This document shows positions 56,885 to 64,000 of a DNA stretch of 64,000 nucleotides, piece by piece (within the stretch, counting starts at the first letter, position 1; each line of letters starts with the position of its first letter). Below the pieces are notes generated by a model. The model made no database searches. It saw nothing but the letters and a program-made list of their open reading frames with translations, and was not told where the DNA came from. Source of the DNA: Pseudomonadota bacterium (GTDB taxonomy: Bacteria; Pseudomonadota; Alphaproteobacteria; Caulobacterales; Hyphomonadaceae); the NCBI GenBank assembly GCA_039196965.1, contig JBCCUK010000014.1, positions 13,227 to 77,226 of the forward strand. Direction: 5' to 3'. Made by a program: the position numbers and the translations under genes.

Positions 56885-57583
56885 TCAGTAGAGTTCCTGC
56901 AGAACATATTCGATATTCTGGCCACGCGCTTCAAACGCACATTTCACCCAACGGCCGGTCTCATCATACCAGAGATCAAAGGACAGATCAGAGTAGACGC
57001 GAAACCGGGTGGTTTCGATCTCCTGTCCGCTCACGGTAAGCGTTTCAGAGCCTAGATTATCGACCCGAATGTCGAGCAACTGTCCGCCCTCGCTTGACAG
57101 AATAGCGTCGCTGAAAACCTCGCCGCTATGCCAATGGCTTGAAGGGATAAGGTCAGCCGACAGTTCGCCCGTGAAATTTGTGCCGGACACGTCAAGCTGG
57201 CCATCCTCACTCAATACGGAAACGGTGAGGTCCTTGCCTTCCTTTCGGGTTTCCCCTGTCAGCTCGACAAGACTCCCATCTGCCCAGACTTCAGTGGAGT
57301 CGTGGCTGTACTTGTAGGCTGTGATCGGTCCGAATTTCACCTGAAGATCAATGTCATTGACCACTTCAAGCGTTCCGTTTTCGGATTTTTCGAAACTCAC
57401 CGTATGAGTTCCAAAGGGCTTACCTTTTCGCAGGACCTCAAAAGCAATGATCTCGCCGCCCGCCGGTTGCCATACAGGAAGAGTGGCTGCGACAATATCA
57501 GGCTGCGCGATGTCGCTCGGACTGTCGCCCAAAGCTGCCGGAAACAGGCCGAACGCAATAATACCTGTAAGAAGGGATCTCAT
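56885..57583 (-). CDS. exported hypothetical protein (possibly DUF6134-type)
   Basis: Trimmed to MRSLLTGIIAFGLFPAALG (signal peptide). Beta-rich ~230-aa protein, convergent with the cfa-like gene. The family name is from memory only. Confidence 0.5.
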   Translation of the reverse strand: MRSLLTGIIAFGLFPAALGDSPSDIAQPDIVAATLPVWQPAGGEIIAFEVLRKGKPFGTHTVSFEKSENGTLEVVNDIDLQVKFGPITAYKYSHDSTEVWADGSLVELTGETRKEGKDLTVSVLSEDGQLDVSGTNFTGELSADLIPSSHWHSGEVFSDAILSSEGGQLLDIRVDNLGSETLTVSGQEIETTRFRVYSDLSFDLWYDETGRWVKCAFEARGQNIEYVLQELY

Positions 57584-57772
57584 GGGAAGCCTCTCAGTCG
57601 ATTTCATATACGACATAGTATAGTTTATTTGAACGTCCAGTGAACAAGCCCATACACACAAATAACAGTTTGCCGCACCTCACTTTTTTGCCAAAAGACC
57701 TTCGAAAGGTTGAACAGAGCCGTTGCGGGCTCTAGCGTCGCGGCAAATAACACGATCTGATCAAGACCCCAG

Positions 57773-58777
57773 ATGCACACATTTCCCTCCGTTATCGAAA
57801 CAATCGGCAATACGCCGCTAATCCGCATGAAGCGCGCCTCGGAAGAAACCGGCTGCGAGATACTCGGCAAAGCGGAATTCATGAATCCTGGCCAGTCGGT
57901 CAAAGACCGGGCGGCGCTAGGGATCGTGCGTGATGCCGAAAATGCCGGACGACTGCGCGCGGGTGGAACGATTGTGGAAGGCACGGCGGGCAATACAGGC
58001 ATAGGCCTCGCGCTGGTTGGCGGCGCGCTTGGCTACCGGGTGGTTATTGTCATGCCGCGAACGCAAAGCCAGGAAAAGAAAGACGCGGTGAGAGTCCTGG
58101 GGGCGCAGCTGATCGAGGTTGATGCCGTCCCCTATAAGAACCCCAACAACTATATCCATTACTCCCGCAGGCTTGCCGAAGAGCTTAATGAAAATGAGCC
58201 GAACGGTGCGATCTGGGCGAACCAGTTTGACAATGTTGCCAACCGACAGGCCCATTATGAGACAACGGGGCCGGAGGTGTTCGATCAGCTGGACGGCAAG
58301 GTAGACGGCTTTATCTGCGCCGTCGGATCGGGCGGAACCCTCGCCGGTGTTTCCATGGCACTTAAAGAACGGAACAAAGATATTCAGATCGGGCTGGCGG
58401 ACCCCGGCGGCGCAGCGCTCTATGAATACTACAAGAATGGCGAGCTGAAATCGGAAGGAACATCGATCACCGAAGGCATCGGCCAAGGCCGTATCACGGC
58501 AAATCTGGAGGGTATGGAGATTGATCATCCCTACCGCGTGCACGACGCCGAAGCGCTGGAGGTGATCTTCAATCTCATCCAGGAAGAGGGATTATGCCTC
58601 GGCGGCTCAGCGGGTATTAACATTGCCGGAGCCATGAAGCTCGCCAGAGAGCTGGGCCCTGGGAAACGGATCGTCACCGTGCTTTGCGATTATGGCAACC
58701 GATACCAGTCGAAACTGTTCAATCCGGCTTTCCTCCGATCCAAGGATCTACCGATCCCAAATTGGATGGAGGTATGA
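57773..58777 (+). CDS. PLP-dependent cysteine synthase / cystathionine-beta-synthase-like enzyme (no CBS domains)
   Basis: IGNTPLIR, PLP-lysine motif GQSVKDRAA, GTAGNTGIGLA, GSGGTLAGV; 334 aa. Confidence 0.8.
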   Translation: MHTFPSVIETIGNTPLIRMKRASEETGCEILGKAEFMNPGQSVKDRAALGIVRDAENAGRLRAGGTIVEGTAGNTGIGLALVGGALGYRVVIVMPRTQSQEKKDAVRVLGAQLIEVDAVPYKNPNNYIHYSRRLAEELNENEPNGAIWANQFDNVANRQAHYETTGPEVFDQLDGKVDGFICAVGSGGTLAGVSMALKERNKDIQIGLADPGGAALYEYYKNGELKSEGTSITEGIGQGRITANLEGMEIDHPYRVHDAEALEVIFNLIQEEGLCLGGSAGINIAGAMKLARELGPGKRIVTVLCDYGNRYQSKLFNPAFLRSKDLPIPNWMEV

Positions 58778-59640
58778 TGGTGGCTAGCACCTCTCCCCTT
58801 GTTTCTGCTGACTGGCTCACAAAAAATCTGGAGGCACCCGATCTGCGGATCGTAGATGCAACATGGTTTGCTCCATTCACCAACCCACCGGAGACCGGAC
58901 ACGCAGCCTATTCCAAGGCTCATATTCCGGGTGCGGTGTATTTCGACATAGACGAGATAGCCGATCCGGCATCGGAATTGCCGCATACGGTTCCCCCGCC
59001 CCATGTCTTTTCTTCAAAAGTGCGCAAGCTCGGCCTCGGAGATGGCAACCGCGTCATTGTTTATGATCGGAACAGTTTCTTTGCGTCGGCAAGGGCCTGG
59101 TGGCTGTTCCGCTATATGGGACATCGCGATGTGTATGTGCTCGATGGCGGCCTCGACGCCTGGCTCGCGACGGGTAGTGAGACCGCCGATCTGCCGCCGG
59201 TCGCCGTTGAGCGCCATTTTACATCCAGAGTGCGCGGCGACCTTATAAAGACGCTGGAGCAGATTGTAGAGATTTCGGGCGAGGGCTCGCAACGAATCGT
59301 TGATGCACGGCCGACGGGCAGGTTTGCCGGAGCGGTGCCGGAGCCCCGCGAAGGCCTGCCACCGGGGCATATTCCCGGAAGCGCCTCTTTGCCAAGCGGC
59401 GAACTCATTGGAGCGGACGGCCGTTTCAAATCGGCTGATGAGGTTCGTGCTGCCTTTGAAGCCGCAAATGTCATGGCGTCTGACCCCTTCATCGCGACTT
59501 GCGGATCGGGCGTATCAGCAGCGATTCTGGCGCTCGGTGCGGCAGTCACAGGGAACGATCTCGTTTCGATCTATGATGGATCATGGACAGAGTGGGCCTC
59601 TGATCCTTCCCGGCCGACAGCAACAGGCACAGCGTCGTAA
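58774..59640 (+). CDS. sseA: 3-mercaptopyruvate sulfurtransferase (tandem rhodanese)
   Basis: Trimmed to MMVASTSPLVSADWL (ATGA overlap with the upstream stop). Two rhodanese domains and active-site loop TCGSGVSA; HIPGA/HIPGS motifs. Confidence 0.85.
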   Translation: MMVASTSPLVSADWLTKNLEAPDLRIVDATWFAPFTNPPETGHAAYSKAHIPGAVYFDIDEIADPASELPHTVPPPHVFSSKVRKLGLGDGNRVIVYDRNSFFASARAWWLFRYMGHRDVYVLDGGLDAWLATGSETADLPPVAVERHFTSRVRGDLIKTLEQIVEISGEGSQRIVDARPTGRFAGAVPEPREGLPPGHIPGSASLPSGELIGADGRFKSADEVRAAFEAANVMASDPFIATCGSGVSAAILALGAAVTGNDLVSIYDGSWTEWASDPSRPTATGTAS

Positions 59641-60797
59641 TGAAAAAGAAATTGCCCACGCGGCTCATCCACGAGCGCTCGGGCGGCCGTCCGAACCTCA
59701 CAGTAAATCCTGGCGTTGAGCGTGGCTCTACCCTGCTCATGCCGGATATTGACGCGCTTTATGATTCGACCCGCCAGACCTATGGCCGGACCGGACTAAG
59801 CGTTCAGCGAGAGCTGGAAGCCGGCCTCTCCACCCTCGAAAACGCAACTCAGACCAGACTTACTCCCACCGGGGTCGCCGCCTGCGCCCTCGCCATGGCA
59901 AGCGTGATAAAATCGGGTGACCATGTCTTGGTAGCGGACAATGTTTATGGCCCAAGTAGGCGGTTCTGCCGCCGACGGCTTCGAGCGATGGGCGTCGACG
60001 CGACGTTCTTTCCGGCTAGGATTGGAGTAGGGCTTGCGGACCTGATTACCGACAAGACGCGGGCAATCCTGATCGAGTCACCCGGTTCTCTCACCTTCGA
60101 GCATTGCGATACGGAGGCGATTGTCGACCTTGCCAAGGCCAGGGACATCACCACCGTGATGGACAATACTTGGGGTTGCGGCGTCATCCACAAGCCGCTC
60201 GATCTCGGTGTCGACATCTCGTTTCAAGCACTGACAAAATACGTGGTTGGCCATGCTGATTGCTTTGGAGGTGCCGTGATGACGGGCTCCGACAGGCTTA
60301 ACAAAGCCGTCACAGACACAGCCATCGATTGGGGAATCACCCTCGGCCCGGACGACGCCTATATGGCACTGCGGGGCCTGCGCACCATTGTTCCCCGCGT
60401 ACAGGCTCATGACGCTGCCGGGCGACAGATCGCGGAATGGCTAAAGGGTCATGACGGCGTTTCAGCGGTGCTTCACCCTGCCCTGCCGGACCACCCGGAC
60501 CATGATATCTGGCGGCGGGACTTCACCGGTGCAAATGGCCTGTTCGGCGTGCTGCTGGAAGACCGGGGTGATGACGCTTTTCGAGCCTTCTTCGATACGC
60601 TGGAGCTGTTCGGCCTCGGCTTTTCCTGGGGCGGATATGAAAGCCTCGCGATTCCGGCCGATCCCGGGATGCAGCGCACGAAGGGGCACTGGCTCGACGA
60701 GTCGTCGGACCGGTTGATCCGGCTACATATCGGCCTTGAAGATATTGGCGATCTTCAGGCCGATCTGGAGGCTGCTCTGAAAGCCTATCTGGCCTAG
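59640..60797 (+). CDS. metC: cystathionine beta-lyase
   Basis: Cys/Met-metabolism PLP fold. The MetC-type N-terminus TRLIHERSGG...VNPGVERGST and FQALTKYVVGH (PLP lysine) are present. TAATG coupling to sseA. Confidence 0.8.
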   Translation: MKKKLPTRLIHERSGGRPNLTVNPGVERGSTLLMPDIDALYDSTRQTYGRTGLSVQRELEAGLSTLENATQTRLTPTGVAACALAMASVIKSGDHVLVADNVYGPSRRFCRRRLRAMGVDATFFPARIGVGLADLITDKTRAILIESPGSLTFEHCDTEAIVDLAKARDITTVMDNTWGCGVIHKPLDLGVDISFQALTKYVVGHADCFGGAVMTGSDRLNKAVTDTAIDWGITLGPDDAYMALRGLRTIVPRVQAHDAAGRQIAEWLKGHDGVSAVLHPALPDHPDHDIWRRDFTGANGLFGVLLEDRGDDAFRAFFDTLELFGLGFSWGGYESLAIPADPGMQRTKGHWLDESSDRLIRLHIGLEDIGDLQADLEAALKAYLA

Positions 60798-62062
60798 GCG
60801 ACCAATTCCTGATCGAACTGCGCGACGAGCTTTTCGAAGGAACGCAGGAAGTTCTCAGCTGAATGGGTCTTTTCTGCCCAAAGACGGCCTTCGACACCCA
60901 TACGCTTCCGCTTCTCATCATTGTCGATCAGATCGCGAAGGGCAGCGACGAACTTATCCACCTCGTCCATACCCGGCCCGCGCGGTTCGCCGACATGGGC
61001 TCCAAAGCGCTCCGGAACACGTTCCGGATTCACGCAGGACACCACGGGAACCTCGCGCTGAAGCCCCTCTACAAAGGCAATCGGCAGCCCTTCATGAATG
61101 GCCGGGTTCAAGTGCAGCCAGGATGAGGCGATAAGGCGGTGCTTTTCTTCGCCTTCTGTATGGCCGAGCATTTCCATGTTTTCCGGCAGGTCCTTAGGTT
61201 CCCATGAGCCAGGCCCGGAGAAATGCGACTTTCCGAAGATACGGAAAGTGACATCTGGCATGCGGCGAGCAATTTCCGGCAGCATCCATGGCCGCTTCTG
61301 CGGATCCAGGCGTCCAAGGAACATCACCGTTGGTTTTTCCGACTTCTCATAGGGGCCTGCGGGAGCGGGCTCCATGGGATAACACAGAGACGCAACCTCA
61401 TTTGGCATCATACCATAGGTGGATTCTACCTTGGCTTCGAGGAAAGGCGACGGAGCCGCGAATATTGTCTTGTATCCGGCGGCACGGCGGCGTTTCACAA
61501 GATCGGCGAGCGGGGTGCAGTCGATGTACTGCAAGCCCTTCGGCTCAATGCCCTTCTGCCCCGGCACATGGGTTGTCGCAATCCTGTCCCAATCCTCAGG
61601 TGTTTTCGGATCCTGCACCCACATTAGCATGGGCGCACGGGGGAACATTGTCAGATAGTATTCATAGTTCTCGCGGTAATCGATTGTCAGGAAAAGATCG
61701 GGAACCTTGCGCTCTGCCATGATAGCGAGCTTTTCCCGCCGCCACTTGTAAAGCGGAAAACGAGCGGGACGACCATAAATCTTAAGCTTTTCCTTGCTTT
61801 CGCGGATGTGGTCCGGTGGATCGCCCCAATACAGGTCAACATCGATCTGGGGATTGGACGATCCCTGCGCTGCTGCAACGATCTGCTTACTGAGCATCCC
61901 GAAGCCGCCGAGACGGCTGATGCGGGCATCGAAAAACTCATTTGCGATTATGCCAAGGCGCAGGCGTGATTTTTCTGACAGACTAGAACTCAACATACGA
62001 CCAAGATCCCTTTTCTCGCCGTTCGGACCGTAATCCCACATCACTCGCGCAGCAAGCGACAT
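60794..62062 (-). CDS. glycosyltransferase (GT-B fold, GT4-like)
   Basis: 422 aa; C-terminal sugar-donor motif EGLPIAFVEGLQREVPVVS (E-x7-E). Confidence 0.7.
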   Translation of the reverse strand: MSLAARVMWDYGPNGEKRDLGRMLSSSLSEKSRLRLGIIANEFFDARISRLGGFGMLSKQIVAAAQGSSNPQIDVDLYWGDPPDHIRESKEKLKIYGRPARFPLYKWRREKLAIMAERKVPDLFLTIDYRENYEYYLTMFPRAPMLMWVQDPKTPEDWDRIATTHVPGQKGIEPKGLQYIDCTPLADLVKRRRAAGYKTIFAAPSPFLEAKVESTYGMMPNEVASLCYPMEPAPAGPYEKSEKPTVMFLGRLDPQKRPWMLPEIARRMPDVTFRIFGKSHFSGPGSWEPKDLPENMEMLGHTEGEEKHRLIASSWLHLNPAIHEGLPIAFVEGLQREVPVVSCVNPERVPERFGAHVGEPRGPGMDEVDKFVAALRDLIDNDEKRKRMGVEGRLWAEKTHSAENFLRSFEKLVAQFDQELVA

Positions 62063-62255
62063 GGCTTCCCGCTAGAGAAAGCAAACCTTGGGCCATTTCC
62101 AGAGAGTGTCTCAAATTCACTGCATTGGTCTGCACTTTTCAAGACATGTGCGCGCATGTAATCAAAGTGCGGGGCGCGTGGACTGAAAATTGCAGGCTTA
62201 ATCGGATAGTATTGCGGGACGAGTGACACAGGTGTCAGAAGAGTCAAAACTTCCC

Positions 62256-63461
62256 ATGCGTATCGGCTTTCGGGTCGGTATATTTCCGAAGCTTTCGGAA
62301 ACATTCGTTCTAAATCAGATCAATTTTCTGATGCAACGCGGGCATGAGGTGGTGATGCTTGCGGACGCACCGCCAGACGCGCTCGAGAATACCCTGGCCG
62401 ATGACACCCGTGCGGCAAGAGCGCGAACAACGTATATTTTGCCAAGATCAGACCTACTCAAAAGTGCATACAATGCCCTGCCCTTCCGGGTACGGCGCGC
62501 AATGGAAGCAAGGCAGGAGCGCCGCCTGATAGCCGACTGCGATGCCGTTGTCTGCAATTTCGGCTGGTTCGGGGCGCGTATGGAGGAAGCATCAAAGGGG
62601 ATGGGTGCCGCCGGAAAGCTCGCAACCATTTTCCATGGTGATGATATGTCGAGACATCTCTCCCACGGCAATGAAAACGCCTACGATGAACTTTTGAAGT
62701 CCGGCGGGCTGTTTCTATCGGTCAACAGAATCTGGCAGGAGAGGCTTTCTGCCCGAGGGGCACCGGACCACGCCAACCTCATTCATCATCTTGGTGTAGA
62801 CCCGGAGAAGTTCAGCTTTATCGAACGCCAGAAGCAGGATGGTGACCGGATTATTCTAACGACGGTCTGCCGAATTGTTGAAAAGAAGGGGCTTGCTACA
62901 GCGCTGGATGCGTTGAACCAAGTTCGAGCAAAACGGCCGGAGCTCGATTTCGAATTCAGGATTTATGGAGATGGTCCGTTGCGGACTTCTCTGAAGGCGA
63001 AAGCCACAGCGCTCGGCTTGAACGACATCATTCGCTTCAAAGGCATGATTCCAAACGCCAAATTGCGTAAAGTGTTCGCCGACGCGGATGTCTTTCTACA
63101 CCCAAGTGTCGTCGCCGAAGACGGGGACATGGAGGGGCTACCGATCGCTATGATGGAGGCGATGGCAACCGGGTTGCCGATCGTCAGCACACTGCACAGC
63201 GGCATCCCCGAGTTGGTAAACCATGGCGTCAATGGCTTTTTGTCTCCTGAAGGGGATGTTGATCACCTTACGAAACAACTTATCCATGTCATCGAAGATC
63301 ATGGTATTCGGGCTGCCATGGGCCGAGCGGCGCGGCAAACCATTGAAACGGACTTCAATATCAACACATCGATCGATCGGCTTGAAAGACTTCTCTACCG
63401 ACTGGTGGAAGGCGATTTCCGGTCAGCTGGTGCCGTTACACCAAAGGAGGCGGCAGAATGA
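62256..63461 (+). CDS. glycosyltransferase family 4 (WcaL/colanic-acid-type)
   Basis: Trimmed to MRIGFRVGIFPKLSETFV; EGLPIAMMEAMATGLPIVST motif. Confidence 0.8.
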   Translation: MRIGFRVGIFPKLSETFVLNQINFLMQRGHEVVMLADAPPDALENTLADDTRAARARTTYILPRSDLLKSAYNALPFRVRRAMEARQERRLIADCDAVVCNFGWFGARMEEASKGMGAAGKLATIFHGDDMSRHLSHGNENAYDELLKSGGLFLSVNRIWQERLSARGAPDHANLIHHLGVDPEKFSFIERQKQDGDRIILTTVCRIVEKKGLATALDALNQVRAKRPELDFEFRIYGDGPLRTSLKAKATALGLNDIIRFKGMIPNAKLRKVFADADVFLHPSVVAEDGDMEGLPIAMMEAMATGLPIVSTLHSGIPELVNHGVNGFLSPEGDVDHLTKQLIHVIEDHGIRAAMGRAARQTIETDFNINTSIDRLERLLYRLVEGDFRSAGAVTPKEAAE

Positions 63462-64000
63462 AACGCGTCTCTGTCATTGTCCCGACATTCAACCGCGTTG
63501 GCTATTTGAAAGAAAGCCTGGACTCGCTTCTGGCGCAGACGCGGCAACCGGATGAGATCTGGGTGATCGATGATGGGTCCAGCGATGATACAGAAAGTGT
63601 CGCAAAAAGCTTTGGCGAACGCGTGAATTTTTTCCGCAAACCGGAGAACTCCGGCAAGGCGGCTTCGCTCAATATGGGGCTAGAGCTGATCTCCGGAGAC
63701 ATCGTCTGGATCATGGACGATGATGACATCGCCCTGCCCTGTTGCCTGGAAACGCTTCTTTCGCTGCTAGATCAGACACCGGATGCAGGGTTCGCCTATG
63801 GCCGGCATATGCGATTTTCGTTGAGCGCGGATGGTGAGCAGCAGGAGCTGGGGACGGGATACTGGCAGCCCTGTGACCCTGACAGTTTCCTGCTCCAAAC
63901 GCTTGAAGACTTCTTTCCCCACCAACCTGGCATGATCGTGCGCAAATCCCTCTTCAATGAAGTCGGGCCTTTCGATGTGACGCTAAGACGATCCCAAGAC
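63458..64000 (+). CDS. glycosyltransferase family 2 (5' partial, runs off the window)
   Basis: The ATG at 63458 overlaps the upstream TGA (ATGA). MKRVSVIVPTFNRVGYLKESLDSLLAQT ... VIDDGSSDDT ... WIMDDDD (DxD). Not in the ORF track because no stop lies within the window. Confidence 0.8.
   Translation, partial: MKRVSVIVPTFNRVGYLKESLDSLLAQTRQPDEIWVIDDGSSDDTESVAKSFGERVNFFRKPENSGKAASLNMGLELISGDIVWIMDDDDIALPCCLETLLSLLDQTPDAGFAYGRHMRFSLSADGEQQELGTGYWQPCDPDSFLLQTLEDFFPHQPGMIVRKSLFNEVGPFDVTLRRSQD

Noticed and set aside
57584-57772. Possible SAM-II or other sulfur/methionine riboswitch in the leader of the cysK-like/sseA/metC operon.
   Set aside because: A U-rich stretch (CACTTTTTTGCC) is present, but I could not recognise the SAM-II pseudoknot consensus. 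It would need a covariance-model scan (for example Rfam/Infernal).
1-64000. Window-wide look for CRISPR arrays, tRNA/rRNA/tmRNA genes, IS elements, integrases, prophage or toxin-antitoxin modules, and known defence systems.
   Set aside because: No repeat-spacer periodicity, no T-loop/acceptor-stem candidates in gaps longer than 140 bp, and no transposase, integrase or phage-like ORFs were seen. Absence judged by eye is not proof; tRNAscan, Infernal and defence-system HMM scans would settle it.

Overview
This is a dense 64-kb chromosomal segment, mostly housekeeping, with roughly 58-62% GC in the lines I counted. I infer an alphaproteobacterial origin from three things: a GcrA cell-cycle regulator with clustered GANTC (CcrM-type) sites, a ybgC-tolQRAB cluster, and a Caulobacter-like phoR-pstCAB-phoU-phoB order. 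I call about 64 protein-coding genes; many are translationally coupled through ATGA or TAATG overlaps. I recognised no rRNA, tRNA, CRISPR array, IS/transposase, integrase or phage genes. Recognisable modules: class A beta-lactamase, folD and yggT; transporters (two MFS, TrkH, EamA, and an RND efflux operon of outer-membrane factor, adaptor and pump); LPS precursor genes (gmhB, hldE, kdsA); siroheme synthase with a divergent LysR regulator; the Tol system; the Pho regulon locus; an M13 peptidase; a thiolase; a lipid-modification cluster (FAD oxidoreductase, DUF1365, CFA-synthase-like); a coupled sulfur operon (cysK-like, sseA, metC); and a glycosyltransferase cluster running off the 3' end. I see no clear defence-island-type novel system. 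The best candidates for undescribed or unusual biology are: (1) a ~1-kb low-GC two-ORF cassette (8795-9786); (2) an operon of a membrane protein, a SAM methyltransferase and an EVE domain protein (9966-11783); (3) a 353-aa orphan with a C-terminal HxHxCxxC knuckle (43907-44968); (4) a furan-fatty-acid-like operon (53461-56848); (5) four GANTC sites plus a DnaA-box-like element upstream of gcrA; and (6) a TrmO-like gene inactivated by a TGG-to-TGA change at a conserved Trp. All family assignments come from reading motifs by eye. None has been verified by a database search.
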